26,875 nucleotides of DNA, from the NCBI GenBank assembly GCA_018816925.1, contig JAHIUP010000043.1, forward strand, positions 1 to 26,875, given 5' to 3'. The notes below the pieces were generated by a model. That model did not search any database. It was not told the origin of the DNA and saw only the letters and a list, made by a program, of their open reading frames with translations. The position numbers and the translations under genes were made by a program. Of this stretch, positions 7,672 to 18,757 are shown piece after piece (the first letter of the stretch is position 1; each line of letters begins with the position of its first letter). The stretch is from Patescibacteria group bacterium. Lineage in GTDB: Bacteria > Patescibacteriota > Minisyncoccia > Minisyncoccales > UBA10102.

Positions 7672-10600
7672 ATGAGAGTAACCGATCTTCAAGCGCTCCG
7701 CATTAAGCTCGCTTCCCCCGACGACATACTCTCTTGGAGTCACGGGGAGATTACGAAGCCAGAGACCATCAACTACCGCACGCAGAAGGCGGAAAAGGAT
7801 GGGTTGTTTGACGAGCGCATCTTCGGGCCGGAGAAGGACTACGAATGCTACTGCGGCAAGTACCGGAAGGTTAGGTATAAGGGCGTGGTGTGTGAGCGGT
7901 GCGGCGTGGAGGTTACGAAATCCTCGGTGAGACGGGAGCGCATGGGGCATATTAAGCTTGCCGCTCCCTGTTCCCATATATGGTTCCTCCGGAGCGTGCC
8001 TTCTCGTATGGGCATGGTGCTCGACATTCCTGCCCAGGCATTGGAGCGCGTCATATATTTCGCTTCCTATATCGTAACCTCCGTGAATGAGGAGCCAAGG
8101 CAGACAGCGCTTCAGGAGATTGAGGCGGAATTCCGGCGCAAGGGTAAGGGTAGGGCGACTGAAGAGAAGAAGGAGCTCAAACAGCTTAGGGATAGGGAGA
8201 GGGAACTTCTTCAGTCCCTTAGACCACTTCTTGTGCTTCCTGAAGCGGACTATCAGAATCTCGCCCTAAAGTACGGCCATGTATTTGAAGCAGGCACTGG
8301 AGGGGAAGCTCTGCGTCAGATATTGGAAAAGATGGACTTGGGAAAGGAGATGGAGCGCATGGAGGGAGAGCTCCAGGGTTCTTCGCCGCAGAACAGGAAG
8401 CGTATTCTCCAGCGCATCAAGTTGCTCCGGAATATGAAGGCGGCGGGCGTGCGGCCCGAGTGGATGTTTCTTACCATGCTTCCCGTGCTTCCCCCCGACC
8501 TCCGGCCCATGGTACAGCTTGATGGAGGAAGGTACGCGTCTTCGGACCTTAATGACCTGTATAGAAGGGTTATCAATAGAAACAACAGGCTTCGTTACCT
8601 GCTCGATCTTGGGGCCCCTGAAGTTATCGTGCGCAACGAAAAGCGCATGCTTCAGGAGGCAGTAGACGCCCTCATTGATAACGGCATGAGGAAGGGTACC
8701 ATGACAATGGCAACCACCGGAGGAAGGCGTCTTTTGAAATCCTTGGCAGATATGCTCAAGGGCAAGCAGGGGAGGTTCCGCCAGAACCTGCTCGGCAAGC
8801 GCGTGGACTACTCGGGGCGTTCCGTCATTGTGTCGGGCTCCACACTGAAGCTTCACCAATGCGGTCTTCCCAAGCTCATGGCGCTTGAACTCTTTAAGCC
8901 CTTTGTCATTCAGAAGATTTTAGAGCGGGAGCTCGCCTACAATGTGAGGGGCGCTTCTCGTCTTGTTGAGCAGGAGACCGACGAAGTGTGGGCCATCCTC
9001 GAAGAGGTGGTAGCAGACAAGCTGGTGCTTCTGAACCGGGCTCCCACGCTCCACCGTTTGGGCATTCAGGCGTTCACTCCTTTGCTCGTCGAGGGAGAGG
9101 CAATCCATCTTCATCCCCTTGTGTGTTCTGCCTACAACGCGGACTTTGACGGTGATCAGATGGCAGTACACGTTCCTCTCTCCCAAGAGGCGCAGGAGGA
9201 GGCCCGGGAGCGCATGCTTTCTTCCGTGAACATGCTCAAGCCGGCTACCGGCATGCCCGTGGTAGCCCCCCGGCAGGACATGGTATTGGGTTGCTATTGG
9301 ATCACGGGTTTGGTGCGGAAAGAGGAGAAAACGCAAAAGATATTCTCTTCTCCCGAGGAAACGTTTCTTGCCTTGGGCTCTGGCAAGATAACGCATCAGG
9401 AGGCAATCCAGGTACGGCTGCCCAAGAAATGGGGCGGGGACGGGGTGTCCCGTACGGAGACGTGCGCGGGCCGCCTTATTTTCAACGAATCCCTCCCTGC
9501 GGATTTTCCTTTTGTAAATGAGCAGATGACGAATAAGAAATTGGAGCGTATCACGGGAGAGATTATTTCCACGTACCCTCGCGAGGTAGCTGAAGAAACC
9601 TTGGATCTCATGAAGACGCTTGGCTTTGAATATTCTACCAAGTCCGGGATCACCTGGGGTATGGACGACCTCGTTGTACCCAAAGAGAAGGGGGAGCTTA
9701 TAGCGAAGGCCGAGGAGGAAATTGAGACCATTGACTCTCATTGGATGCGCGGCCTTCTTTCTAAAGAGGAGCGATCCGCCAAGGTTATTGAGGTGTGGTC
9801 TCGGGTGAAGACGTCCATAGAGAAGCTTGTTCCCAAGAGTTTGCCACCCGGGGGCTCGGTATTTTCGATTATTGACTCGGGGGCTCGCGGAAGTTGGAGT
9901 CAACCCGTGCAGATGGCGGGCATGAAGGGCCTAGTGACCAATCCCGCGGGCCGCATCATTGAACTTCCAGTAAAGTCCTCGTTTAAGGAAGGATTTGACG
10001 TGCTTGAGTACTTCATCTCCACGCACGGGGCAAGAAAGGGAACGGCAGATACCGCCTTGCGTACTTCTACGGCAGGATATCTTACGCGCCGTCTCATTGA
10101 TGTCGCTCACGAGGTACTTGCCACGGATGAGGATTGCAAAGACACAAATGGTATTGTTCTCGCCAAGAAGGATGCCGAGGAAGTGGGGCAGAACCTCATG
10201 CTTCAGATTGGAGGCAGGGTGCTTGCGGAAGAACTTAAGGGGGTGGGTAAGAAGGGAGATATATTAGACGCGGCAAGGGTGCGTAAGATTGGAGAGGCGG
10301 AAAACATTCAGGAGGTGAGGGTCCGTTCCCCGCTTTCCTGTAAGGCGGTGCGCGGCGTATGCAGGATGTGCTATGGATGGGAGCTCGGTTCCAACAAAAT
10401 GGTACTGCATGGCACTGCGGTGGGCATTATCGCCGCCCAGTCCATTGGAGAGCCCGGTACCCAGCTCACCATGAGGACGTTCCATACAGGTGGAGTAGCT
10501 GGCGGCGGAGACATTACGCAGGGACTTCCTCGGGTAGAGGAGATTTTTGAGGGGAGAATCCCGGGAGGAAAGGCGATTCTCTCTCAAGTGGACGGCGTGG

Positions 10601-11229
10601 TGGAGGAGATAACCCCAGAGAACGTGGTGCGTGTGCTGGCTCATCCCGAGAAAGAATCTAAGGGTAAGTCCTCCGTTGAGCATATTGTGGAATACGAGAT
10701 TCCCGCAAAGCGCGCACTCTGGATTCGTAAGGGCGACCAGGTGAAAAAGGGGCAGCAATTCTGCGAAGGGAATCTTGACCTCGGAGAATTGCTCAAGGCG
10801 GCGGGCAAGGAAGCGGTACAGCGATACATCGCGCGGGAGGTACAGCATATTTATGTTTCCCAGGGCGCCTCCATCCACGATAAGCATATTGAGGTTATTA
10901 CGAGGCAGATGTTCTCTCGTATGCGCGTGAAGGAGCGGGGAGGCACGAATCTTTCAGAAGGGGAAGTGGTGGACCGTGCCATCTTCCTGGAAGAAAACGA
11001 GAGAGTTAAGACAGAGGGCAAGGAGCAGGCAACCGCCGTTCAATTGCTCTTGGGTATTTCCCGGGTAGCCCTTACCACGGATAGCTTCCTTTCGGCCGCC
11101 TCCTTCCAGGAGACCTCGCGCGTCCTTATACGGGCAGCTCTCGAAGGGAAGGAGGATACGCTCCGCGGCCTCAAAGAGAATGTAATAATTGGGAAGCTCA
11201 TTCCTGCGGGCACGGGCCTAAAGGAGTAG
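7672..11229 (+). CDS. rpoC: DNA-directed RNA polymerase subunit beta'
   Basis: Zn-finger CYCGK...CERC, catalytic NADFDGD, QSIGEPGTQLTMRTFH, and LRGLKENVIIG.LIPAGTG. Confidence 0.99.
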   Translation: MRVTDLQALRIKLASPDDILSWSHGEITKPETINYRTQKAEKDGLFDERIFGPEKDYECYCGKYRKVRYKGVVCERCGVEVTKSSVRRERMGHIKLAAPCSHIWFLRSVPSRMGMVLDIPAQALERVIYFASYIVTSVNEEPRQTALQEIEAEFRRKGKGRATEEKKELKQLRDRERELLQSLRPLLVLPEADYQNLALKYGHVFEAGTGGEALRQILEKMDLGKEMERMEGELQGSSPQNRKRILQRIKLLRNMKAAGVRPEWMFLTMLPVLPPDLRPMVQLDGGRYASSDLNDLYRRVINRNNRLRYLLDLGAPEVIVRNEKRMLQEAVDALIDNGMRKGTMTMATTGGRRLLKSLADMLKGKQGRFRQNLLGKRVDYSGRSVIVSGSTLKLHQCGLPKLMALELFKPFVIQKILERELAYNVRGASRLVEQETDEVWAILEEVVADKLVLLNRAPTLHRLGIQAFTPLLVEGEAIHLHPLVCSAYNADFDGDQMAVHVPLSQEAQEEARERMLSSVNMLKPATGMPVVAPRQDMVLGCYWITGLVRKEEKTQKIFSSPEETFLALGSGKITHQEAIQVRLPKKWGGDGVSRTETCAGRLIFNESLPADFPFVNEQMTNKKLERITGEIISTYPREVAEETLDLMKTLGFEYSTKSGITWGMDDLVVPKEKGELIAKAEEEIETIDSHWMRGLLSKEERSAKVIEVWSRVKTSIEKLVPKSLPPGGSVFSIIDSGARGSWSQPVQMAGMKGLVTNPAGRIIELPVKSSFKEGFDVLEYFISTHGARKGTADTALRTSTAGYLTRRLIDVAHEVLATDEDCKDTNGIVLAKKDAEEVGQNLMLQIGGRVLAEELKGVGKKGDILDAARVRKIGEAENIQEVRVRSPLSCKAVRGVCRMCYGWELGSNKMVLHGTAVGIIAAQSIGEPGTQLTMRTFHTGGVAGGGDITQGLPRVEEIFEGRIPGGKAILSQVDGVVEEITPENVVRVLAHPEKESKGKSSVEHIVEYEIPAKRALWIRKGDQVKKGQQFCEGNLDLGELLKAAGKEAVQRYIAREVQHIYVSQGASIHDKHIEVITRQMFSRMRVKERGGTNLSEGEVVDRAIFLEENERVKTEGKEQATAVQLLLGISRVALTTDSFLSAASFQETSRVLIRAALEGKEDTLRGLKENVIIGKLIPAGTGLKE

Positions 11230-11239
11230 ATGAGGAGAA

Positions 11240-11269
11240 CGCGGAACAGGTTGTTCCGCGCTTTTCTTT
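11240..11269 (+). terminator. Intrinsic terminator after rpoC
   Basis: Stem CGCGGAACA / TGTTCCGCG with a 3-nt loop, followed by CTTTTCTTT. Confidence 0.7.
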
Positions 11270-11312
11270 CCGGTATACTAAAGAGAGATACTTCCTATCC
11301 TTTTTTTGTATC

Positions 11313-13502
11313 GTGGCACGAAAGAAGAAATCCCGCGCGCCTTCCAGGCGCCGAAACTCCCTCCGAGCGAGGAGGCCAAAGCTTCCGAGTTTTACGGTTC
11401 CCGAAGGGGTGCGGCATCTTGTGTTTGCCGTTTCCCTTTTGGTGATAGCCGCCATTTATATCTTTTCTTTTTTCGAGAAGGCGGGGTCCGCAGGCGCCCT
11501 TTTGTTTGGAGGTACGGATTTTCTCTTTGGACAGGTGGTGTATCTTCTGCCTTTTGTACTGGGGCTTGGAGGGTTTGTGCTTCTCCGCCAGGAAGAGGGT
11601 TCCGTTCCCTTAGTGGCAGTTGCCATGGGAGCGGTACTCCTTGGGACTTCGGGGATGGCGGGCGCCTTTGCGGACGTGCGGGGCCTCGATATACGGGAAA
11701 GCGCGGGATTCCTCGGTTTCCTTTTTTCTCGTCCCCTTATGGCGGCATTCGGATTTTGGGTGAGCGAGGTTATTCTTGTTGCCGTTGTGTTTGTGGGCCT
11801 GGGCATTCTCTGGCGTTTTCTTCCACGCGAACGGGAAGGGGAGGAGCCCTCCTTTGGAGAAGTTGCTCAAGAGAAGATAAAGAAAATATTTGAACCCAAG
11901 TTTGAGATAAAAGAAGTGGAGCCCACCGTGCGCTCTCCCGCCGCGGAACAGGAGGAGAAGAAGGAGGAAAAAGAGGAGAAACATCATCAGGGCCTGGTGA
12001 CGCTTCCAGCGGGCTCCGCAAAGCTCCCTCCCCTCAATCTTCTGGAGGCCGAGCGTGGGGTTCCGAGCGCGGGAGACGTGCGCAGTTTTTCGGCGATTAT
12101 TAAAAAGACCCTGCAGAACTTTGATATCCCCGTGGAGGTTTCCGAGGTAAATATCGGGCCCGCGGTGACCCAGTACGCCATTAAGCCATCGGAGGGAGTG
12201 AAGCTCTCAAAGATTACCGGGCTCTCCAATGATCTTTCCCTTGCGCTGGCGGCCCACCCTATTCGTATTGAGGCCCCCATCCCTGGCAGGGCGCTCGTGG
12301 GCATCGAGATTCCCAATCAGGAGCGGGCAATAGTCCGCCTTCGTGGACTCCTAGAACACCCGCATTTCAAGGAGTCCTCCACTCCCCTTAATATTGGTTT
12401 GGGAAGGGATGTGTCAGGGAACGCGGTATTCGGGGACCTCGGTAGAATGCCCCATCTTCTTGTTGCAGGAGCAACGGGTTCGGGGAAAACCATTGCTCTC
12501 AATAATATTATCTTGAGTTTGATATACCGTAATACCCCCCAGACCCTTAGATTTGTTCTCATAGATCCCAAGCGCGTGGAGTTTCCCGTGTACAACGAGC
12601 TTCCCCATCTTCTCACCCCGGTAATTTTTGATACCCAGAAAGCGATATTTGCTCTTCGTTGGCTTGTTAAGGAAATGGAGCGGAGATTTGAAGTGCTCGC
12701 GGCCGCCCGCGCCCGGGATATCGGGAAGTACCACGAAATTCTCGCCAAGCAAAGAGAGAAGGATCCTGGGGAGGGAGAGGATATACCCTACCTCGTCGTG
12801 ATTATCGATGAGCTCGCAGACCTTATAGCGGCCCGCGGCAAGGAAATTGAGGCCCTTGTGGTGCGGTTAGCGCAGATGGCGAGGGCCGTAGGCATTCATC
12901 TTGTACTTGCCACCCAGCGTCCTTCCGTTGAGGTTATCACGGGGCTTATCAAGGCGAACATCACCGCCCGCGTGGCTTTTCAAGTTGCCTCCCAGGTGGA
13001 TTCCCGCACCATTCTTGATATGGCTGGAGCCGAGAAGCTCCTCGGGTATGGGGATATGCTGTTTCTTTCTTCGGACTTCTCCAAGCCCCGCCGTATACAG
13101 GGGGCCTTCGTGTCTGATAAGGACGTGCGGAAGGTGGTGGAGTGGCTCAACAAGGAAACGGAGACGCAGGAGCGCGAGGAGCTGGCTGTGGAAGAGATGT
13201 CTGTGCACGCAATGGAATCGGGAGATTCTTTGCAAGAGGAGGACCCGCTCTATGAGCAGGCAAAGCATATGGTGCTCGAAACACGAAAGGCCTCCGCTTC
13301 TTTCCTTCAGCGCCGACTGCGTCTTGGATATGCGCGGGCGGCCCGTATTTTAGACCTTTTAGAGGAGCAGGGCGTGGTGGGGCCCGCTGTTGGCGCGAAG
13401 CCCAGAGAGGTGTACGGAGAGGTCTCCGCACCCTCCTCTATTGTCGAGGAGGAGAAGGGGGAAAGTTCTGAGTGGTATAGCCCCCGCATAGGCGGTTCAT
13501 AG
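11313..13502 (+). CDS. ftsK: DNA translocase FtsK/SpoIIIE
   Basis: GTG start; N-terminal multi-TM domain; [14 protein letters not shown] Walker [11 protein letters not shown] Walker B, LATQRPS, and C-terminal gamma domain ([28 protein letters not shown]). Confidence 0.97.
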   Translation: MARKKKSRAPSRRRNSLRARRPKLPSFTVPEGVRHLVFAVSLLVIAAIYIFSFFEKAGSAGALLFGGTDFLFGQVVYLLPFVLGLGGFVLLRQEEGSVPLVAVAMGAVLLGTSGMAGAFADVRGLDIRESAGFLGFLFSRPLMAAFGFWVSEVILVAVVFVGLGILWRFLPREREGEEPSFGEVAQEKIKKIFEPKFEIKEVEPTVRSPAAEQEEKKEEKEEKHHQGLVTLPAGSAKLPPLNLLEAERGVPSAGDVRSFSAIIKKTLQNFDIPVEVSEVNIGPAVTQYAIKPSEGVKLSKITGLSNDLSLALAAHPIRIEAPIPGRALVGIEIPNQERAIVRLRGLLEHPHFKESSTPLNIGLGRDVSGNAVFGDLGRMPHLLVAGATGSGKTIALNNIILSLIYRNTPQTLRFVLIDPKRVEFPVYNELPHLLTPVIFDTQKAIFALRWLVKEMERRFEVLAAARARDIGKYHEILAKQREKDPGEGEDIPYLVVIIDELADLIAARGKEIEALVVRLAQMARAVGIHLVLATQRPSVEVITGLIKANITARVAFQVASQVDSRTILDMAGAEKLLGYGDMLFLSSDFSKPRRIQGAFVSDKDVRKVVEWLNKETETQEREELAVEEMSVHAMESGDSLQEEDPLYEQAKHMVLETRKASASFLQRRLRLGYARAARILDLLEEQGVVGPAVGAKPREVYGEVSAPSSIVEEEKGESSEWYSPRIGGS

Positions 13503-13503
13503 T

Positions 13504-15903
13504 ATGGTTAAGAAAAAGCGCGAAAAAGAGGAACCGGCAGATCTCCAGGAGGCAATTGCGGAGATCAAGCAGAGATTTGGAGAGGGAGCCATCATGCGTC
13601 TTTCGGAAGCCCGTGCCATGGACGTGGAGACGGTTTCCACGGGTTCCATTTCTCTCGATATGGCCCTAGGAGTAGGAGGTCTGCCCAAGGGAAGGGTTAT
13701 TGAGATTTACGGTCCCGAGGCGGCTGGGAAATGTGTGCGTTCTGATACGATAGTATTTTCGGAGCTCGGCATGACTCCTATCTCCGTGTTTGGGAACCCG
13801 CAAATCGCTGGATTCCAACAGAGAGAGATCTTTGTACACTCCGAGCATAGCTATGAAAAGACAAGCCATTTTTACAACGGCGGCATTAAGCCGACTATAA
13901 AGGTAAAAACAAGCTATGGATATGAGATAGAAGGTACGCCCAATCATCGAATCCGCGTACTTGACGCAGAGGGAAAGTATCTTTGGCGGCGGCTGGATAA
14001 CGTTCAAGTAGGTGACTTCGTTCCAATCCAAAGAGGCCAAGATTATTTCGGAAAAGGGGTGGACCTTTCTGATTTTGAGGAGCGCGTATGGAAGGGAACG
14101 ACCTCTCGCTTCAATACCTCAAAGAAGGATTTCAAGAATTTTCGAATTACCAAGGAGCTCGCAAAACTGACGGGTTTCATGGTAGGAGACGGCACGTGTA
14201 CCAGCACGGGTCTTAACAAAAACGATATTCAAATTACGCTTGCAGACGACGAAGCCCAGAGGGAGTTAGATGGTATTTGCATGAAAATATTCGCGGAGAC
14301 CCCAAAGATTACAAATGATAAAAGAACTAAGGATACGCGCCGTGCGGTTATTCACAACGGGAAAGCGCGGGCGTTTCTCGCCTATGCGGGAGTTAATTTT
14401 TCTTCCGCAGGGGACAAGGAGGTCCCTTGGTCAATTCTTTGTTCTCCAAAGTCTATTGTTGCAAGCTTTTTAAGTGCGCTCTTTGAGTGTGATGGGAGCG
14501 CAGGGAAGAGAAGAATCGAATACGCTTCTAAGTCGGAAAAGCTTGTGGCGCAACTTCAAATTATACTATTAAATTTTGGTATCGTAAGTAGGCGGATTGT
14601 ACGACACAATACGATATACGATAGAGATTATTACTATCTTTATATCGAGGGACAGAAAGATAGGGATGTTTTTGCGCGAGACATTGGATTCTTGAGTACG
14701 CGAAAGCAAGGTACGCTGCTTGCCGGGATTCAAAGAAGAAAAATCTACAAGACCAATCGAGATACGATTCCCCATCTTAACGAGAAACTGGGTCGCTTTC
14801 TTGTCGCATACCGTAAGCTAGTTAGGGAAACCAATCGAGAGGATTGGAAGTTAATAACGGATTACGTTCCTCAAGGAGTCTCTCCTCACCAGCTCACCTA
14901 TCATCAATTAGAGCGAATTCTACGGCATTTTTCAGATGGTGAGCATCTTCCCGAGTATCAGGAACTAGAAAATCTCTACGAACTAGAATTCTTCTGGGAT
15001 CGCGTTGCCACGACCGAAAACTCAATGGCACACGTCTTTGATTTTACCGTTCCTTCAAACGCAACGTTTATTGGGAATGGATTCGTTAATCACAATACGA
15101 CCGTTGCGCTTCACGCGCTCGCGGAAGTCCAAAAGAACGGAGGTACGGCCGCCTTCGTGGATGCGGAGCACGCCTTAGACCCCGATTATGCCAAGCGCAT
15201 CGGGGTGGACGTGCAGCAGCTTCTCATCTCTCAACCGGATTCCGGAGAGCAGGCGCTCCAGATTGTGGAGACCCTTGTGCGTTCAGGACAAGTGGATATG
15301 ATTGTTATAGATTCGGTAGCCGCCCTCACCCCTCGCAATGAAATTGCGGGAGAAATGGGGGAGTTCCAGATAGGGCTTCAGGCCCGCCTCATGTCGTCTG
15401 CCCTGCGCAAGCTCTCCGCCATCGTGGCAAAAACCGGCACTACGGTCATTTTCCTCAACCAGATACGTATGAAAATAGGCGTGCTCTATGGCAATCCCGA
15501 AACTACTCCGGGAGGCCTCGCCTTGAAGTTCTATTCCTCTGTGCGCATAGAGCTTCGGAGGGCGGCGCAGATAAAGCATGGGGAGGAAATTGTTGGGAGC
15601 AGGGTCAAGGCAAAAATCGTGAAGAACAAGGTGGCTCCTCCTTTCAAGACCTGCGAGTTTGATATCTACTACAACGAGGGTATTTCTTCTACCGCCGACC
15701 TTCTAAATGCGGGGCTAAGGTATGAACTATTGAGCAGGGCGGGAAGCTGGCTTCAGTACGGGTCAACAAAGCTCGGGCTGGGCGTGGAAGCCGCCCGCAC
15801 ATATCTTAAAGAGCATCCAGACGAGGCAGAAAGGCTCCGGAAGGAGATCCTTGAGCAGGGAGGTAAACCCGAAGAGAAAGACAAGGAACCTAAGCAGAAC
15901 TAA
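13504..15903 (+). CDS. recA: Recombinase RecA precursor containing an intein (799 aa; extein about 344 aa)
   Basis: N-extein [30 protein letters not shown]; C-extein TTVALHA...[10 protein letters not shown]...VIDSVAAL...[14 protein letters not shown]...KNKVAPPF. Confidence 0.98.
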   Translation: MVKKKREKEEPADLQEAIAEIKQRFGEGAIMRLSEARAMDVETVSTGSISLDMALGVGGLPKGRVIEIYGPEAAGKCVRSDTIVFSELGMTPISVFGNPQIAGFQQREIFVHSEHSYEKTSHFYNGGIKPTIKVKTSYGYEIEGTPNHRIRVLDAEGKYLWRRLDNVQVGDFVPIQRGQDYFGKGVDLSDFEERVWKGTTSRFNTSKKDFKNFRITKELAKLTGFMVGDGTCTSTGLNKNDIQITLADDEAQRELDGICMKIFAETPKITNDKRTKDTRRAVIHNGKARAFLAYAGVNFSSAGDKEVPWSILCSPKSIVASFLSALFECDGSAGKRRIEYASKSEKLVAQLQIILLNFGIVSRRIVRHNTIYDRDYYYLYIEGQKDRDVFARDIGFLSTRKQGTLLAGIQRRKIYKTNRDTIPHLNEKLGRFLVAYRKLVRETNREDWKLITDYVPQGVSPHQLTYHQLERILRHFSDGEHLPEYQELENLYELEFFWDRVATTENSMAHVFDFTVPSNATFIGNGFVNHNTTVALHALAEVQKNGGTAAFVDAEHALDPDYAKRIGVDVQQLLISQPDSGEQALQIVETLVRSGQVDMIVIDSVAALTPRNEIAGEMGEFQIGLQARLMSSALRKLSAIVAKTGTTVIFLNQIRMKIGVLYGNPETTPGGLALKFYSSVRIELRRAAQIKHGEEIVGSRVKAKIVKNKVAPPFKTCEFDIYYNEGISSTADLLNAGLRYELLSRAGSWLQYGSTKLGLGVEAARTYLKEHPDEAERLRKEILEQGGKPEEKDKEPKQN
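13732..15096 (+). mobile_element. Class 1 intein with LAGLIDADG homing endonuclease (455 aa), inserted in the RecA Walker A motif
   Basis: Starts with Cys (CVRSDT); block B GTPNH; LAGLIDADG-like motifs LTGFMVGDG and LSALFECDG; block F/G VFDFTV...FVNHN; +1 residue is Thr. The DNA is visibly AT-richer than the flanking exteins. Confidence 0.95.
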
Positions 15904-15919
15904 GTTTTCTTCTATAACC

Positions 15920-15944
15920 AAAAAGCCGCGTGACGCGGCTATTT
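15920..15944. terminator. Terminator hairpin between convergent recA and rpsR
   Basis: AGCCGCG-TGA-CGCGGCT, with an A-run on the left (U-tract on the minus strand) and ATTT on the right; overlaps the rpsR stop. Confidence 0.65.
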
Positions 15945-16136
15945 AGCGGAGGCGGAGAGCAGACCTACGTGGCGCGCTCGTTTCACCGCTCGCGTAATCC
16001 TCCGCTGATGATAGGCGCACAGGCCTGTTTTTGTTTTCGGACGAATCTTACCGAGGCCGGAAATGAATCGGGAAAGGAGTTCGATGTCCCGGAAATCCAC
16101 GTCCAGGATATTTTTTCTGCAGAATCGGCATTCCAT
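15939..16136 (-). CDS. rpsR: 30S ribosomal protein S18 (Zn-binding C+ form)
   Basis: CRFC...DFRDIELLSRFIS..GKI.P...TGLCAYHQR.I.RAVKRAR..GLL; CxxC and CxxH ligands present; position downstream of ssb. Confidence 0.95.
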   Translation of the reverse strand: MECRFCRKNILDVDFRDIELLSRFISGLGKIRPKTKTGLCAYHQRRITRAVKRARHVGLLSASAK

Positions 16137-16154
16137 AGTTTTTACTCCGTAAAA

Positions 16155-16326
16155 GAAATTCGAAATCCGAATATAACGCGAGCTATAAACTATGTTTTCG
16201 AAATACGAAACAAATTCAAAATCCTAATGTTCAAAACTAAAAATGGCTGTCTTGTTTTGATTTTGGTCATTTGAATTTCTGTCATTCGTGCTTGTTTGGA
16301 ATTTCGGATTTCGTGCTTCGGATTTT

Positions 16327-16327
<1 letters not shown>
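16155..16327. repeat. AT-rich imperfect inverted-repeat element between ssb and rpsR
   Basis: Left arm has CGAAATCCGAA, CGAAATACGAAACAAATTCAAAA and TTCAAAAC; right arm has GTTTTGA, TTTGAATTT and TTCGGATTTCGTGCTTCGGATTT. Confidence 0.65.
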
Positions 16328-16761
<434 letters not shown>

Positions 16762-17175
16762 TTATTCTTTGAAGATCTCCTCAAGCCGTTTATCGATAGA
16801 TTCCGCATCTACGGGTTTATGCTCCTCTGGTTCCGCGGGAATGGAATCGCGGCTGGCAAAAGAAGGCGCCGGCCGCTCTTTCCTCGGGGCCTTGGAGAGG
16901 AGAAGAAAGCGCCGTACCCCTCCCTCCTTTCCAAGCATGTCCTGTATCCCTTGAATGTTTCCTTCTCCGAGCAGAAAACTAAGGATTGCGAGGATTCCCT
17001 CTTTTTCCGCTCCCTTTCTTCCCGGCGTCTTCTTCCTTCCGAGAACCGCCTGTTTCTCCAGGATGCCGCCTGCTTCCTGAATCGCGGAAAGAATTTTCTC
17101 CATGCGCGAGCGCACCTCCTCTTCTTGGAATTGAGGGGAAAGGAGAAGCGTAAGTTCGTAGCTTCGCATACGCAT
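16762..17175 (-). CDS. rpsF: 30S ribosomal protein S6
   Basis: MR.YELTLLLSP...GG.L......G...VRRFLLL pattern; first gene of the rpsF-ssb-rpsR operon. The start may be 17175 or 17169. Confidence 0.88.
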   Translation of the reverse strand: MRMRSYELTLLLSPQFQEEEVRSRMEKILSAIQEAGGILEKQAVLGRKKTPGRKGAEKEGILAILSFLLGEGNIQGIQDMLGKEGGVRRFLLLSKAPRKERPAPSFASRDSIPAEPEEHKPVDAESIDKRLEEIFKE

Positions 17176-17230
17176 CCACTCTAGCATATGTTCCCAGCTC
17201 CGTCAATTTCTCCTTGGCCAAGTCAAGTCG

Positions 17231-17345
17231 TTCAGACCCTGAGGGGTCTTCAGACCCGAAGGGGTGTGGATAACTTAGCCAGGCTAAGGATAGGCCTATG
17301 ACTTGTTCTGAGCAAGGCCGGGTGAAACCCGGTTTCACCCGGCCT
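17231..17345. repeat. Cluster of palindromes and short tandem repeats in the divergent rpsF/pmm spacer
   Basis: 18-bp tandem pair TTCAGACCCTGAGGGGTC / TTCAGACCCGAAGGGGTG (17231-17266); CTTAGCC-A-GGCTAAG (17274-17288); ATAGGCCTAT (17290-17299); perfect 15+1+15 inverted repeat (17315-17345). Confidence 0.85.
17265..17273 (-). promoter_or_regulatory. Single consensus DnaA box (TTATCCACA on the minus strand)
   Basis: The plus strand reads TGTGGATAA. Function is unverified because only one copy was seen. Confidence 0.4.
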
Positions 17346-17368
17346 AATCTCGTGATATAGTAGGGGAT

Positions 17369-18757
17369 ATGGCAGATATTGAGCAGAGCATGTTTCGAGA
17401 GTACGACCTGCGGGGTCGGGAGAGTGAGCAGGAGCTCAACGAGGTTTCCATGGAGCTTGTGGGCAAGGGGTATGGCACCTTCCTTCGTAAGAGAGGATTG
17501 GAAAGGGTGGTGCTTGGCCATGATAGTAGGGGGACTTCAGGGGCATTTGCAAAAGCCGTCTTGCGCGGGCTTCTTGCGACCGGGTGCAAGGTAGTACTCG
17601 TGAACACCGTTACTACTCCCATGCTCTACTGGAGTCAGTACCATTTTGAGACGGAGGGAGGAGTCATGGTGACCGCAAGCCATAACCCGCCTGGTTGGAA
17701 CGGAGTCAAGCTCGCCCTCGGTTACTCCGTTACCCTAAATACTGCAGAGCTCCAAGAGGTGTATGAGAGTATTCGGAAGGATGATTTTTTCCAGGGGGAG
17801 GGGGTAGTGGAAAAGGAAGAGGATATTTCAGATGCCTATCGGGAGGATTTGGTGAGCCGCGTACAGGGGATAAAACCATTGAAAGTTTTGGTAAATACGG
17901 GGAACGGAACCGCAGGTTTGTTTGCCGCAGATATTCTTAGGGCCGCAGGGTGTGAGGTTATTGAGTATCTTACTAATCTTGATTCAAGCTACCCCCATTA
18001 CACTCCTAATCCCGCGCAGGTAGAGATGATGGAAGATACGGGAAGGAGGGTACGGGAAGAGGGCGCGGACCTAGGGTTTGCATTTGACGGAGATGGGGAC
18101 CGGCTCGGATTGGTAGATGAACACGGAGAGAACGTTTGGCCCGACCGCTATCTTATTCTATTATCCCGCCTGGTACTACAAAAGAATCCTGGAGCGAAGA
18201 TTGTGTTCGATGTAAAGGTATCCCAGGCCCTGCCAGAGGATATTGAAGCACACGGAGGAGTTCCAATTATGTGGAAGACCGGACATTCTCATATTAAGGC
18301 GAAAATGAGAGAAGAGGGAGCGGTGTTGGCGGGAGAGATGTCAGGCCACATTTTCTTTGTGCAGGATTATTACGGATTTGACGATGCTTTCTTTGCGAGC
18401 CTGAAACTTTTGGAATACTTTTCAGCGCAAGGGGAGCCAGTTTCAAAGCTTATTGCAGAAACCCCGTATTACATTTCTACTCCTGCTCTTCACGCGAATT
18501 GTCCAGACGATAAAAAATACCAGGTAGTACAGGAACTTACCGAGGAATTCAAAAAAGCATACAATGTCATTGATATTAATGGCGCGCGCGTTCAGTTCGG
18601 GGACGGCTGGGGCCTTGTGCGCGCTTCCTCCAATCTTCCCGCTCTCGTTTTGCGCTTTGAGGCGAAAACAAAAGAGCGGTGCCAAGAGATAGAGCAGCTC
18701 TTTCGAGAGAAACTCAAACGGTACGACTTTGTAAGTCAGGACTGGTATCCCGCCTAG
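17369..18757 (+). CDS. Phosphomannomutase/phosphoglucomutase (alpha-D-phosphohexomutase family)
   Basis: FREYDLRG start, phosphoserine loop TASHNP, metal loop FDGDGDR, sugar loop GEMSGH, and GWGLVRASSNLP. Confidence 0.95.
   Translation: MADIEQSMFREYDLRGRESEQELNEVSMELVGKGYGTFLRKRGLERVVLGHDSRGTSGAFAKAVLRGLLATGCKVVLVNTVTTPMLYWSQYHFETEGGVMVTASHNPPGWNGVKLALGYSVTLNTAELQEVYESIRKDDFFQGEGVVEKEEDISDAYREDLVSRVQGIKPLKVLVNTGNGTAGLFAADILRAAGCEVIEYLTNLDSSYPHYTPNPAQVEMMEDTGRRVREEGADLGFAFDGDGDRLGLVDEHGENVWPDRYLILLSRLVLQKNPGAKIVFDVKVSQALPEDIEAHGGVPIMWKTGHSHIKAKMREEGAVLAGEMSGHIFFVQDYYGFDDAFFASLKLLEYFSAQGEPVSKLIAETPYYISTPALHANCPDDKKYQVVQELTEEFKKAYNVIDINGARVQFGDGWGLVRASSNLPALVLRFEAKTKERCQEIEQLFREKLKRYDFVSQDWYPA

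Noticed and set aside
8149-8156. KOPS-like GGGNAGGG octamer inside rpoC
   Set aside because: An isolated match in G-rich coding sequence; polarity cannot be assessed without the whole genome.
4419-11229. Alternative genetic code (TGA=Gly, as in Gracilibacteria/SR1)
   Set aside because: rpoB and rpoC read through more than 2200 codons without an in-frame TGA, and TGA ends genes at sensible positions.
4205-13688. Many 60-210 aa ORFs overlapping rpoB, rpoC and ftsK on other frames or strands
   Set aside because: Shadow ORFs of long GC-rich genes; no recognisable motifs or independent expression signals.
17265-17273. Replication origin
   Set aside because: Only one DnaA box was seen, with no dnaA/dnaN nearby and no clear AT-rich unwinding element; GC skew cannot be judged from this window.
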